From an uncultured Chloroflexia bacterium (GTDB taxonomy: Bacteria; Chloroflexota; Limnocylindria; Limnocylindrales; CSP1-4), in NCBI GenBank assembly GCA_963734535.1, contig CAVTHS010000011.1:4789-68788 (forward strand): DNA of 64,000 nucleotides. The letters are read 5' to 3'. The translations under genes and the position numbers were made by a program. The notes beneath the pieces were generated by a model that saw nothing but the letters and a program-made list of their open reading frames with translations, did not search any database and had not been told where the DNA came from. Below are positions 21,182-31,192 of this stretch, one piece after another; position 1 is the first letter of the stretch, and each line of letters begins with the position of its first letter.

Positions 21182-21840
21182 GCGGCTGCCTCGGTCGCTC
21201 GCGCCCGGGCCCACGGGGTGACGCGCCGCTGCGCCCGAACGAACAGCAGGTCCGCGAGCAGCGCGAGGATGATCGAGGGGACCGCCCCGGCATACATCTC
21301 GGTCAGGAAGTTGCCCCGGTGGTAGCCGTCGAGGATGAAGTAGCCCAGGCCGCCGTATGCGTCGCTGATCGTTCCCGTGATCGTGACGAGACCGATGGTC
21401 GAGACGGTCGCGAGCCGAAGCCCCGCGACGATCAGCGGGAGCGCCAGCGGCAGCTCCACGCGCCACAGCCGCTGGCGGCGGGAATGGCCCATGCCGTCCG
21501 CGGCCTCGAGCACCTCGATCGGGACGGCGTCGAGACCCGCCACGATGTTCCGGACCAGGATCACGAGGGTGTACAGGACGAGCGGCACCTCGGCCGTCAC
21601 GACGGAGAACCCGGTGATCGAGATGAGGGCGGCGAAGAGCGCAAGGCTCGGGATCGTGAAGAGGATTCCGGCCAGCGCGCTGATCGGCGGGTAGAGGATG
21701 CGATACCGGGCCGCGACGAGGGCCAGGACGAACGAGATCGCGAACCCGATTCCGACCCCCAGCGCGGCCAGGTAGACGTGCTGCCAGGTCCGGTAGGCGA
21801 TCGCGTCGAGGTGGCCGGCCAGCCAGGCCCAGTCGATCAT
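21178..21840 (-). CDS. ABC transporter permease (OpuCB/CD type)
   Basis: EAADGMGHSRRQRLWRVELPLALP EAA-loop and about 6 TM segments. Confidence 0.85.
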   Translation of the reverse strand: MIDWAWLAGHLDAIAYRTWQHVYLAALGVGIGFAISFVLALVAARYRILYPPISALAGILFTIPSLALFAALISITGFSVVTAEVPLVLYTLVILVRNIVAGLDAVPIEVLEAADGMGHSRRQRLWRVELPLALPLIVAGLRLATVSTIGLVTITGTISDAYGGLGYFILDGYHRGNFLTEMYAGAVPSIILALLADLLFVRAQRRVTPWARARATEAAA

Positions 21841-21858
21841 CCCGAGGTTGCCAGCCGC

Positions 21859-23113
21859 TCACGCGTCGGCGCCCGATGGGGAGGGCGCGGACGTCCGGCC
21901 GTCGGACGTGCCGCCCGCGGACGTCCCGCCACGCGGACGAGGCGGAGGCGATGACCTCCGGATCGGCGCTCGGGCGGAGCGCGGCCGCGATCGCCTCCAC
22001 GGTGAGCACGCCGCGGAGACGGCCCGTCCGGTCCACGACGATCCCGGTCTGGACATCCGCGTCCAGCATCATCGACAGCGCGTCCTTCAGCGTGGTCCGG
22101 CGATCGAGCAGCGGCGACATCGGCGTCGCGAGCGATGGCGCCAGCGAGCCCGTGGCCGGGATGTGCCCCTGGCTGACCCAGCCGATCGGGCGGTCCGACG
22201 CGTCGAGCAGCAGGAGGTACGGGAACGGGTCCGCGAGCGTCCGGGTCCGCGCGTCGCCCGCCGGGTCGCCGACCCGGGCGGTCACCACCGGCTGGAGCGC
22301 GAGCTCGCCCACCCGCGTCAGGGAGAGGCGCTTGAGGCCGCGATCGGCGCCGACGAAGTCGGCCACGAATGCCGACGCTGGGGCCGCGAGGATCTCGGCC
22401 GGGGGTGCGAACTGCTCCAGGTGTCCGCCGACCTGCATGACCGCGACGAGGTCGCCCATCTTGATCGCCTCGTCGATGTCGTGCGTGACGAACAGGATCG
22501 TCTTTGCCAGCTCGGCCTGCAGGCGCAGGAACTCGTTCTGGAGCCGCTCGCGGACGATCGGGTCAACGGCGCCGAACGGCTCGTCCATCAGCATCAGGGG
22601 CGGGTCGGCGGCGAGCGCGCGGGCCACCCCCACGCGCTGCCGCTCGCCGCCCGAGAGCTGGGCCGGGTAGCGGTCGCGGTAGAGCGCAGGGTCCAGCCCG
22701 ACGAGGGCCAGCAGCTCCTCGGCGCGCTCGCGCTGGCGAGCCGCCGGCCAGCCGAGCAGGCGCGGCACGACGGCGACATTGGCCCCGATCGTCTGGTGCG
22801 GGAAGAGGCCGACCTGCTGGATCACGTAGCCGATCTCGCGCCGGAGCTCCGTGGCGTCACGGCCGGCGACGTCTGCGCCGTCGATCAGGATGCGACCGCT
22901 CGTGGGCTCGATGAGCCGGTTGACCATCTTGAGGCTGGTGGTCTTGCCGCAGCCCGACGGCCCCACCAGCACGCAGATCTTGCCGGCCGGGACCGTCAGC
23001 GAAAGGTCGTTGACGGCGCCGGGCCCGGCGCGTGCATCCCTGGCCGCCGCGTAGCTCTTGGAGACGTGCTGGTACTCGACGATCGCGGCCCCTCGGGCGG
23101 CCTGGTCCGGCAT
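21859..23113 (-). CDS. osmoprotectant ABC transporter ATP-binding protein with C-terminal CBS pair; 3' end uncertain
   Basis: Walker A GPSGCGKTT, signature LSGGERQRV and Walker B LMLMDEPF, then CBS-like segments. In the starting frame no stop occurs until 20444. A 1-nt shift near 21900-21930 gives ...TSAPSPSGADA ending at TGA 21859-21861. Confidence 0.8.
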
Positions 23114-23122
23114 CCGCGGGCG

Positions 23123-24079
23123 TCAGGCGCGGCCGGCGTCGACGAGCGGCTTCACCTCGCCGATCAACCGTTCCAGCGTCTCGACGTCGTAGGGGGCGGG
23201 GACCTCGACCACGACCGTCGAGAAGCCGGCGTCGACGTATTCGCGCAGCCGCGCCGCGATCGCCGCGGGCGGGCCGAGGAGCGGGCGCGACGGCTCGAGC
23301 GAGTCCTCGAGCGGGGTCCGGTTGTGCTCCATCCAGGCAGCCCAGGCGTCGCGTGCGGCCGCCTCGGTGGCGCGGATCGAGATCCACAGGTTGGCGGTCC
23401 GCTCCACCTCGCGCTCGTCCCGACCGACACTGGCGCAGTGTGCCCGGAGCACCCCGTCGAGCTCGCGGACCTCGTCGGGCGTCCCGAAGCCGTTCCACAT
23501 GTCGGCGTACCTGGCGATGGTCCGGAGCGTCTTCGTGCGGCCGTTCCCGCCGATCAGGATCGGGAGGTGCTCCTGCACCGGGAGCGGCGCGTGGCGGAGC
23601 TCGCGGAACGCGTAGTGGCCGCCCTCCGGGGACGTCACCGTCCCGCCGTCGAGGAGGGTCCGGATCGCCGCGACCAATTCGTCGAGCCAGTCGAGCCGCT
23701 GCCCGGGGCCGGTTCCGAACGGGATCCCATGCGCCGTGTGCTCGGGCTCCATCCAGGCGCCCCCGATCCCGAGGATGGCGCGGCCCCCGGAGACGTGATC
23801 GAGCGTCGCAACCTGCTTCGCCACGAGCCCCGGGTTGCGGAACGTGTTCGCGCCCACCATCAGGCCCAGCCGGACGCGCTCGGTCGCCATCGCCCACGCC
23901 GGGAGCATGCCCGGACCCTCGAAGATGGGCTGGTACGGGTCGCCGAAGATCGCGTAGAGATGGTCCCACGTCCAGAGCGAGTCGTAGCCGAGCGCGTCGA
24001 CGCGGCGCGCGGCCGCGAGGACTTCCGGCCAGGTGGCGGCCTGGCTCCACAGGTTGATCCCGAGGCGAAGGTTCGTCAT
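23123..24079 (-). CDS. LLM-class (luciferase-like) F420-dependent oxidoreductase
   Basis: LGINLW, YDSLWTWDH, GRAILGIGGAW and PILIGGNG follow the typical LLM TIM-barrel pattern. Confidence 0.85.
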   Translation of the reverse strand: MTNLRLGINLWSQAATWPEVLAAARRVDALGYDSLWTWDHLYAIFGDPYQPIFEGPGMLPAWAMATERVRLGLMVGANTFRNPGLVAKQVATLDHVSGGRAILGIGGAWMEPEHTAHGIPFGTGPGQRLDWLDELVAAIRTLLDGGTVTSPEGGHYAFRELRHAPLPVQEHLPILIGGNGRTKTLRTIARYADMWNGFGTPDEVRELDGVLRAHCASVGRDEREVERTANLWISIRATEAAARDAWAAWMEHNRTPLEDSLEPSRPLLGPPAAIAARLREYVDAGFSTVVVEVPAPYDVETLERLIGEVKPLVDAGRA

Positions 24080-24137
24080 TTGCGTGACTCCAGTCTGGTG
24101 CCAGGGAACCGGCCGGCGCCGCAGGAACGGGGCCCCG

Positions 24138-24428
24138 TCATGCGTTGACCAGCTCGCGGCCGATTGCCCGGAGGATGAAACGGGCCGCCTCGGCGGACTT
24201 GCCGCCCAGCCGCTCTCCGGCCTCCGTGTCCGCCTCCAGCGCGGCCGCGAGGTCGCGCAGCATTGCGTCGAGCGCGGGCGTGCGCTTCAGGACACCGGCC
24301 GCGAAGGCGGCCTCCAGGCCTTCCGCCGCGGCGCGCGCATTCTCCACGGCGTGACCCGTGGCCGCGGCCTGGTCGGCGAACGCGTGCCGCGCCGCCTCCG
24401 CGGCAGCTCCGGTGCTCCCCATCCTCAT
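24138..24428 (-). CDS. small Ala-rich hypothetical protein
   Basis: 96-codon ORF from ATG 24428 with helical Ala/Glu-rich sequence and no recognised motif. Confidence 0.3.
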   Translation of the reverse strand: MRMGSTGAAAEAARHAFADQAAATGHAVENARAAAEGLEAAFAAGVLKRTPALDAMLRDLAAALEADTEAGERLGGKSAEAARFILRAIGRELVNA

Positions 24429-24456
24429 CGCTCTCCCGGGTGGCGGCGCCTGTCGC

Positions 24457-25059
24457 TCAGTTGACCGGCTCCTCGGCGGGCACGAGGCCCAGCGCACGTT
24501 CGCGCGCCGCCCGCCACTCCTCCTCGAGGATGCTCATCTGGATCTCGTCCCAGAAGCGGCCGCCGCGCCAGATCGCCTCGCGCGATCGGCCCTCCACCGT
24601 GAAGCCCACGCGTCGATAGGCGCGGATGGCGCGCTCGTTGTACTCGAAGACCGCTAGCGCGACGCGGTGCAGGCCCAGCACTCCGAAGGCGTGCTCGAGC
24701 ATGAGCGCCGTCGCCTCGGAGCCGTAGCCGCGGCCCCAGCAGTCGGGCTCGCCGATCGTGATGTGGAACAGCGCCGACCCGTTGTCCCCGTCGAGCTGGC
24801 TGAAGGCGCACGTGCCGATCAGCCGGTCCGACCCCGCGACGTGGATGGCGAGCGCAAGCGAGCCGACCCCGGCGACGCGCGCCTCGAAGAACCGCTCCAC
24901 CTCGTCCGCCCGCATCGGGCCTTCCTGGTAGCGGGTCAGCCGGGCGACCTCCGGGTCCCCGTACCAGCGCTTGAACGCCGGCAGGTTGCGGGCGGTGTGG
25001 GGCCGCAGCACGACCGTTTGACCGGGGATCGCGGCGGGAAACCAGCTCCGGGCTCGCAT
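24457..25059 (-). CDS. GNAT family N-acetyltransferase (RimJ/RimL-like)
   Basis: VVLRPHTARNLPAF..., WGRGYGSEATALMLEHAF...LHRVALAVFEYNERAIRAYRRVGF is the acetyl-CoA-binding core. Confidence 0.8.
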   Translation of the reverse strand: MRARSWFPAAIPGQTVVLRPHTARNLPAFKRWYGDPEVARLTRYQEGPMRADEVERFFEARVAGVGSLALAIHVAGSDRLIGTCAFSQLDGDNGSALFHITIGEPDCWGRGYGSEATALMLEHAFGVLGLHRVALAVFEYNERAIRAYRRVGFTVEGRSREAIWRGGRFWDEIQMSILEEEWRAARERALGLVPAEEPVN

Positions 25060-25085
25060 GCCTGCGAGCGTATACCATCCCGCCC

Positions 25086-26906
25086 ATGCGCCGGTGGAGC
25101 CAGGTTGCCGGGCGGATCGCCGCGACGACACGGACGTCCGAGAAGACCCGCCTCCTCGCCGAGTACCTGCGCGACCTGGAGCCCGACGCGCTCCGTGACG
25201 CGGTCATCTTCTTCACCGGTCGCGCGTTCGCCGAGGCAGACGCGCGCGTCGCCGGCCTGGGGTGGGCGACCATCGCCGACGCCGTCGCGCGGGTCGCTGG
25301 AGTTGATCGCGCGGCCCTCGCCGCCGCGTACGATCGGCACTCCGATCTCGGCCTCGCCGTCGGCGACGTCCTGGCCGCTCTGGATCCGGCGGGAGCTCCC
25401 GGCCATGTCCTTGCCGAGCCGGAACCCGCGGGTACCGCTGGCCCGGGCCTCCGTGGCGGTTCCGAGCCGGGTGCGGCCGCTGCGTCGCCGACCCCCCCGG
25501 AGGTGTCTCCGGCCGCGTCGCCGACCATCCCCGAGGTCGCGGCCGCGTTCGCGGCGATCGTCTCCGCGGGGGGTCCCGCCGCCAAGTCGGCCGCCTTCGA
25601 GTCGCTGCTCCGGCGCTGCGACGCGCTGAGCGCCACGTACGTGGTCAAGATCCTGACCGGCGAGCTGCGGATCGGCCTCCGCGACGGGCTGCTCCAGGCC
25701 GCGATCGCGCAGGCGTTCGGGCGCTCCCTCGAGGCGGTCTCGAATGCCGCCATGCTGACGGGCGACATCGGCGAGACGGCCGTTCTCGCCCGCGAGGATC
25801 GGCTGGGGACGACTCGCCTGCGCCTCTTTCGGCCGCTCCGCTTCATGCTGGCGTCGCCCGCCGAGGATGCCGCCGAGATCATGACCCGCCTTGGGCCCGT
25901 CGTCTGGACCGAGGACAAGTACGACGGGATCCGCGTCCAGCTCCACCGGCGAGGCGCGGAGGCACGCCTCTTCAGCCGCGACCTCAACGACGTGAGCGGG
26001 CAGTTCCCCGAGGTCGTGGAGGCCGCGACGCGCCTCGACTGGGACGGCGTCCTCGACGGCGAGCTCCTGGCGTACCGGGACGGCGTCGTCCTCCCGTTCC
26101 TTGCGCTCCAGCGCCGGCTCGGTCGCAAGGAGCCGTCCGCGGGGCTGCGGGATGAGGTTCCCGTGGCGTACGTCGCGTTCGACGTGCTCGCGCTGGGTCC
26201 GCGTGACGGCGACGCGGAGCCACTCCTGGGACGGCCACTGGCGGAGCGCCGGGCGCGCCTGGAAGCGCTGCGCCTCGCCGACGCCGAGCCCGGCCGCTTC
26301 GTGCTCTCGCGGCTCGTCCAGGTCGCCTCTGCCGACGAGCTCGAGACGGTCTTCGCGGCTGCCCGCGAACGCCGGAACGAGGGCCTCATGGTCAAGGACC
26401 CGACGAGCGTCTACGCGCCGGGCCGGCGTGGCTTCGGCTGGCTGAAGATGAAGAAGGCGCTCGCCACGCTCGATTGCGTCGTGGTCGGCGTCGAGGGCGG
26501 CCACGGCAAGCGGCATGGCGTCCTCTCCGACTACACGTTCGCCGTGCGCGACGACGCGACGGGCGCGCTGGTCACGATCGGGAAGGCCTACAGCGGCCTG
26601 ACCGACGCCGAGATCGCGGAGCGCACCCGCTGGTTCGACGAGCACACGCTGACCCGGCACGGGCGATACCGGACCGTCGAGCCGACGGTGGTCGTGGAGG
26701 TCGCCTTCGACGTGATCATGCGAAGCGCCCGCCACCGGTCGGGCTTTGCGCTCCGGTTCCCCCGCATCGCGCGCCTGCGCACGGACAAGTCGGCTGCCGA
26801 GTGCGACACGCTGGCCACCGTCGAGTCGCTCTGGCGCGAGCTCCAGCACGGCGCCGAGCACCTGGTCACGCTCGGGGCGCAGCCGGGACTCCGCGGCGAG
26901 CGATGA
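25086..26906 (+). CDS. ATP-dependent DNA ligase
   Basis: Adenylation motif I EDKYDGIRVQ, plus FSRDLNDV, LDGELL, EGLMVKD, WLKMKK and a C-terminal OB-fold. It has a long N-terminal DNA-binding domain with an Ala/Pro insert. Confidence 0.9.
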   Translation: MRRWSQVAGRIAATTRTSEKTRLLAEYLRDLEPDALRDAVIFFTGRAFAEADARVAGLGWATIADAVARVAGVDRAALAAAYDRHSDLGLAVGDVLAALDPAGAPGHVLAEPEPAGTAGPGLRGGSEPGAAAASPTPPEVSPAASPTIPEVAAAFAAIVSAGGPAAKSAAFESLLRRCDALSATYVVKILTGELRIGLRDGLLQAAIAQAFGRSLEAVSNAAMLTGDIGETAVLAREDRLGTTRLRLFRPLRFMLASPAEDAAEIMTRLGPVVWTEDKYDGIRVQLHRRGAEARLFSRDLNDVSGQFPEVVEAATRLDWDGVLDGELLAYRDGVVLPFLALQRRLGRKEPSAGLRDEVPVAYVAFDVLALGPRDGDAEPLLGRPLAERRARLEALRLADAEPGRFVLSRLVQVASADELETVFAAARERRNEGLMVKDPTSVYAPGRRGFGWLKMKKALATLDCVVVGVEGGHGKRHGVLSDYTFAVRDDATGALVTIGKAYSGLTDAEIAERTRWFDEHTLTRHGRYRTVEPTVVVEVAFDVIMRSARHRSGFALRFPRIARLRTDKSAAECDTLATVESLWRELQHGAEHLVTLGAQPGLRGER

Positions 26907-26964
26907 GCCCCTGTTCCAGGCTCGACGAGAGTTCGGGCGAGCGCCCGAGGGCGGGGAGCGAGCC

Positions 26965-28338
26965 GTGAACATCGCGTCGATCGCTGCTGACCGAAGGTAC
27001 CGGCATCGCATCGTCCGCGCCACGGTCACCCTGACAGGTCGGGACGGCGAGCCGCTGCGCGGGGCGCCCGTGACCATCGGGCAACTCGGGCACGCGTTCG
27101 GCTTCGGCAACATCGGCTTCGACTTCGTCGGCCTGGCCAACGCCGAGGACGACGCGCTCGCGTCCGGCCCGTTCGGTGGGGCCTCCGCCGCCCGGGCGTC
27201 GCGTCTCGCCGACCTCTGGTTCGAGCTCTTCAACACGGCGACCCTTCCGTTCTACTGGGGCCGCTTCGAGCCTGTGCGGGGCGTCCCCGACACCCGGCGC
27301 CTGTTGCGCACCGCGCAGTGGTTCGTCGAGAAGGGCTGCACCGTGAAGGGTCATCCGCTCGTCTGGCACACGCTGGCACCGTCGTGGTTGCTGGACCTGG
27401 CGAACGGCGAGGTCACGGAGGCCGTCAGGGGACGTATCCAACGAGAGGTGACCGATTTCGCCGGGGTGATCAGCACCTGGGACGCGATCAACGAGGCCGT
27501 GATCATGCCGGTCTTCGATCGCGAGACCAACGCGATCACCCTCCTCAGCCAGCGCCTCGGCCGCGTTGGCGTGGTCCGACTGGCCGTCGAGACTGCCCGG
27601 GCGGCGAGCCCGGGCCTGACCCTTCTCATCAACGACTTCGACATGTCCCCGGCGTACGAGCGGCTTATCGGGGAGTGTCTCGAGGCGGGAGTCACCCTCG
27701 ACGGGATCGGCCTGCAGAGCCACATGCACCAGGGGTACTGGGGCGAGGCGAAGACGCTCGACGTGCTCGGCCGGTTCTCCGAGTTCGGCCTGCCGCTCCA
27801 CCTGTCCGAGACGACCCTTGTATCGGGTGAGCTGATGCCGCCCGAGATCCAGGATCTCAACGACTTCCAGGTGCCCTCCTGGCCGTCGACGCCCGAGGGC
27901 GAGGCGCGTCAGGCCGACGAGCTGGTGCGGCACTACCGGACGCTGGTGGAGCACCCCTCGGTCCGGGCCGTGACCTACTGGGGGCTGACCGATCACGGCG
28001 CCTGGCTCGGGGCGCCCTCGGGTCTCGTGCGGGCCGACGGCACGCTCAAACCGGCGTACGAGGCAATTCGGCGCCTCGTCAAGGACGAGTGGTGGCTGGC
28101 GCCGTCGACGATCGTGGCCGACGACGAGGGGCGCGTCGTCATCAACGGATTTGCCGGCACCTACGAGGTCGTGGTGGACGGATCGCGGACGGTCATCGAC
28201 CTGGGCCGCCCGGGCGTGACGGCAGAAGCGATCGACCTTCGCGACGGGGACGTCCATCGACCGCCGGGATCCCAGGAACGCGGCCCGGTGGGTTCGGATT
28301 CGCAGCCAGCGCATCCGGGAGACGACGGCGAGCGATGA
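26965..28338 (+). CDS. glycoside hydrolase family 10 (xylanase-like), no signal peptide seen
   Basis: GGGGAG SD before GTG 26965. KGHPLVWH, WDAINEAV, NDFDM, GIGLQSHM and LHLSETTL follow the GH10 catalytic Glu contexts. Confidence 0.75.
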   Translation: MNIASIAADRRYRHRIVRATVTLTGRDGEPLRGAPVTIGQLGHAFGFGNIGFDFVGLANAEDDALASGPFGGASAARASRLADLWFELFNTATLPFYWGRFEPVRGVPDTRRLLRTAQWFVEKGCTVKGHPLVWHTLAPSWLLDLANGEVTEAVRGRIQREVTDFAGVISTWDAINEAVIMPVFDRETNAITLLSQRLGRVGVVRLAVETARAASPGLTLLINDFDMSPAYERLIGECLEAGVTLDGIGLQSHMHQGYWGEAKTLDVLGRFSEFGLPLHLSETTLVSGELMPPEIQDLNDFQVPSWPSTPEGEARQADELVRHYRTLVEHPSVRAVTYWGLTDHGAWLGAPSGLVRADGTLKPAYEAIRRLVKDEWWLAPSTIVADDEGRVVINGFAGTYEVVVDGSRTVIDLGRPGVTAEAIDLRDGDVHRPPGSQERGPVGSDSQPAHPGDDGER

Positions 28339-28544
28339 GCCGTCGCCGGCCCGGCGAGCACCCGAGGGGCGTCGGGTCCGCGCCATTCCGACGTCCGTTG
28401 CCCCGTTCCGACGGCCGTCGCCCCGATTCACGGCGGACGTAGCAGGCCGGCGACCCGTCGATGCGATGTCGCTGACGTGCGTCGGCTCCCACATTTGCCT
28501 GTATCGGGGGCGCTCGGCATCAAACCAGGGGAGAGACGCGCGGG

Positions 28545-28847
28545 ATGGACAGTCTCGGAGTGCTGGCGGCGATCCTCGCCTGGCTCCTGATCCTCGGCGT
28601 GGCACTCCTGCGCATCCCCGGCGTGGGAATGCGCGCCCTCGCGGGGCCCTGGCTCGTCCTGACCGTCGTCTCGATGGGCGGTCTGTTCATGGTGTTCTTC
28701 GTGGTCTCGTACGGGCTCCTGTTCGCATTCGGGAGGGAAGCGGCCGCGGCGGGCGTGGCAGTGGCGGCCATGGTCCTCGCGGCAACGCCCGTCTTCTGGG
28801 CGCTCGTCCTCCGGCGCCGGGCACGTCGCACGGCCGCGCATGGCTGA
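28545..28847 (+). CDS. small membrane protein (3 TM)
   Basis: 100 aa with three hydrophobic helices. Its stop overlaps the start of the LuxR gene. Confidence 0.45.
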   Translation: MDSLGVLAAILAWLLILGVALLRIPGVGMRALAGPWLVLTVVSMGGLFMVFFVVSYGLLFAFGREAAAAGVAVAAMVLAATPVFWALVLRRRARRTAAHG

Positions 28848-29628
28848 TCGCATCTCGAGGAGCGCCGACGCCGTCCCGGCGGTCGCCCCCGTCCCGGCGG
28901 GCTTTGCCGGCGGTCACGTACCGACGCTCAACGTCGTCATCGCCATCACCGGATTCCCGCTGCTCGCGGCCGGGTACCGGGCCGTCATCGAGGAGGCCCC
29001 GGACCTGCGGGTCGCCGGCGCCGTGGAACGCCGCGACCGGGTGGCTGACGAGGTAGCCCGGCTCGCCCCCGACGTCGTGGTCATCGACGTGCCGACTTCG
29101 CCGCGCACAGACCGCCCGTCGGCTGGGACGATCTGGGCGATCCGGGTCGCTCGGCCTGCCGCGCGCATCCTTGCGATCGAGTCGCGGTGCGCCGGGGAAG
29201 ACCGCTCGCCGGCGACTGGGGCCGGTGCCCACGGCCTGCTGTCCCGTGAGGCCTCGCCCGGGGACGTGCTGGCGGCCCTCCGCTGTCTCGGCCGCGGCGA
29301 GACCTGGTCGAGCGCGTCGATCTCGACGGACGAGTCCCGCGCGGACGCTGCACCAGGGATGCCCGAGTTCGCCGCGGACCCCGTTCTGACCGTTCCCGGC
29401 CCCGCCGGCGACGGCGCGTTCGACAGCCTGAGCGAGCGAGCCCGCGAGGTCTTCCGCCTCGCAGCGATCGGCCATTCGAGCCTGGAGATCGCGCGGGAGC
29501 TCGGCGTCTCCGAGGATACGGTCCACGACCACCGGGGGCTGATCATGCAGCGGCTCGGCCTCCATCGACGCGTCGAGCTGTTGCGGTACGCGCTCCGCCA
29601 CGGCATCGTCCGGGCGACAGAGCTGTGA
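28840..29628 (+). CDS. LuxR/NarL-type transcription regulator with a degenerate receiver domain
   Basis: C-terminal HTH LSERAREVFRLAAIGHSSLEIARELGVSEDTVHDHRGLIMQRLGL. The receiver-like N-domain lacks the acidic DD pair (VVIAITGFPLL) but keeps DVVVIDVP. GTGA overlap with the next gene. Confidence 0.75.
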   Translation: MADRISRSADAVPAVAPVPAGFAGGHVPTLNVVIAITGFPLLAAGYRAVIEEAPDLRVAGAVERRDRVADEVARLAPDVVVIDVPTSPRTDRPSAGTIWAIRVARPAARILAIESRCAGEDRSPATGAGAHGLLSREASPGDVLAALRCLGRGETWSSASISTDESRADAAPGMPEFAADPVLTVPGPAGDGAFDSLSERAREVFRLAAIGHSSLEIARELGVSEDTVHDHRGLIMQRLGLHRRVELLRYALRHGIVRATEL

Positions 29629-30329
29629 GCCGCGTCCGCCGTGCCCTCGGCGGCGGTCGGACCGCCGCTCTCCGGTCCAGGCTTCGCCGCCTCCGGCCGT
29701 CGAGCCGGGCCGGCGTCGTAAGCGGGATGGTCGCCGGCGCAGCTCTCATCGCCGGACTGGCCGTCGTGCTCGTGGTGCTCGGTGCGGCGTTCTCGACCTT
29801 CTACGCGGAGTACGGGTTCCACCCGCAGGAGAATGCCCGCAGCTGGGCCGCCCTGACGCCGGCATACGCCGACTCGACGCTCTGCGAGCGGTGCCACGAG
29901 CCGGAGTACGCCCACTGGGTCGTATCCAGACACGAGGCCGTCGTCTGCGAGAGCTGCCACGGCCCGCTTCGCGCCCATGCCGCCGAAACCTCGCCGGATG
30001 CCCCGGCCGGCTCCGTCATCCTCGCCAGAGTTCCAGACGGGATCTGCGCGACGTGCCATGCGCAGGTGACCGGCCGGCCGCTCGCGTTCCCCCAGGTGGA
30101 GCTGGCCGCTCACTATGCGGGAGCCTCCTGCCTGTGGTGCCATGACCCTCACGACGCGAAGGCGCTGCGTCCACCCGACATCCCGCATTCGCTCGACCGG
30201 CTTCCAGCGTGCGTGACCTGCCACGTGCCCGGTGGCCTCAAGCCCGTCCCGGCCGGGCACGTCGAATCGAGCGACGCCGTCTGCCGGACGTGCCACTCGC
30301 GGCCCGCCGCGATCGTGGGCCGGCCATGA
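29625..30329 (+). CDS. membrane-anchored hexahaem c-type cytochrome
   Basis: One N-terminal TM helix and six CxxCH motifs (CERCH, CESCH, CATCH, CLWCH, CVTCH, CRTCH). ATGA overlap with the next gene. Confidence 0.85.
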   Translation: MSRVRRALGGGRTAALRSRLRRLRPSSRAGVVSGMVAGAALIAGLAVVLVVLGAAFSTFYAEYGFHPQENARSWAALTPAYADSTLCERCHEPEYAHWVVSRHEAVVCESCHGPLRAHAAETSPDAPAGSVILARVPDGICATCHAQVTGRPLAFPQVELAAHYAGASCLWCHDPHDAKALRPPDIPHSLDRLPACVTCHVPGGLKPVPAGHVESSDAVCRTCHSRPAAIVGRP

Positions 30330-31192
30330 GGAAGACGATGAATGCCGACTCGACCGACGCCGGGCGGGGATCGACGACGCTGTCGCGCCGGCGCGTCCTG
30401 CAGCTCGGCCTCGCCGCCGTGCCCGCCGTGTGCGGGGCGCAGCTCCTCGGGAGCGGGCTCGCGCAGACCACCGACGTGGCCCGCGCCGCGGTGCCGAACC
30501 CGGCCGGTGGGTCGTATGACCCGTCCGCCCATGACTGGGCCTTCGTGATGGACACGACCACCTGCATCGGGTGCGGTCGCTGCGTGGAAGCCTGCAAGCA
30601 GGAGAACCACGTCCCGCCCGAACCCGAGCTCAACCGGACGTGGGTGGAGCTGCATGTCCAGGCGGACGACTGGACCGTCTCCGTGAGCTCGCCCCAGGGC
30701 GGCGGGCACGGCGTGCCTTCCGAGGAGGCTGTCCCGGCCGCGGCCGGGGCGGTGCGGAATGCCTACTTCGTGCCCCGGCTGTGCATGCAGTGCGAGAACC
30801 CGCCGTGCACCTGGGTCTGCCCGGTCAGCGCCACCTACCGGACCGAGGATGGGATCATCCTGGTGGACGAGACGCGCTGCATCGGCTGCGGCTACTGCCT
30901 GATCGCCTGTCCGTACGGCGCCCGGTACATGGTCCCGGCGGGCGACACCACGCCGAAGGGCGTGCCCGGGATCGCGGACAAGTGCACCTTCTGCTACCAC
31001 CGCATCACCCGCGGGCTGCTGCCGGCCTGCGCCGAGGTCTGTCCCGTCAACGCCAGGATCTTCGGCGACCGCAACGACCCGGTGAGCCCGGTGAGCGTGG
31101 CCCTCGACCAGAAGCGCGTCCGGGCCATGAAGACCGCCCTCGGGACGCGGCCGCGCGTCTTCTACACGGGCCTCGAAGGCGAGGTGGACTGA
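30326..31192 (+). CDS. Tat-exported 4x[4Fe-4S] ferredoxin-type subunit (NrfC/PsrB/DmsB family)
   Basis: Twin-arginine signal SRRRVLQLG. Four Cys clusters: CIGCGRCVEAC, CMQCENPPCTWVCP, CIGCGYCLIACP and CTFCYHRI...CAEVCP. Confidence 0.9.
   Translation: MRKTMNADSTDAGRGSTTLSRRRVLQLGLAAVPAVCGAQLLGSGLAQTTDVARAAVPNPAGGSYDPSAHDWAFVMDTTTCIGCGRCVEACKQENHVPPEPELNRTWVELHVQADDWTVSVSSPQGGGHGVPSEEAVPAAAGAVRNAYFVPRLCMQCENPPCTWVCPVSATYRTEDGIILVDETRCIGCGYCLIACPYGARYMVPAGDTTPKGVPGIADKCTFCYHRITRGLLPACAEVCPVNARIFGDRNDPVSPVSVALDQKRVRAMKTALGTRPRVFYTGLEGEVD

Noticed and set aside
20444-23113. 889-aa ORF suggesting a fused ABC ATPase-permease protein
   Set aside because: The middle ~220 codons are Arg/Pro/Gly-rich nonsense lying out of frame over the genuine permease gene at 21178-21840. 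The ORF is a read-through created by the lack of a stop after the CBS domains. The region is best read as three separate genes.
21848-27236. Several 650-770-aa ORFs (21848-24148 plus, 24425-26395 minus, 24936-27236 minus) and similar long ORFs elsewhere (26866-28605 minus, 16571-18007 minus, 11066-12112 minus, 99-1187 plus)
   Set aside because: They run antisense or out of frame to genes with clear family motifs and translate to low-complexity Arg/Pro/Gly/Ala strings. Stop codons are simply rare in this GC-rich DNA.
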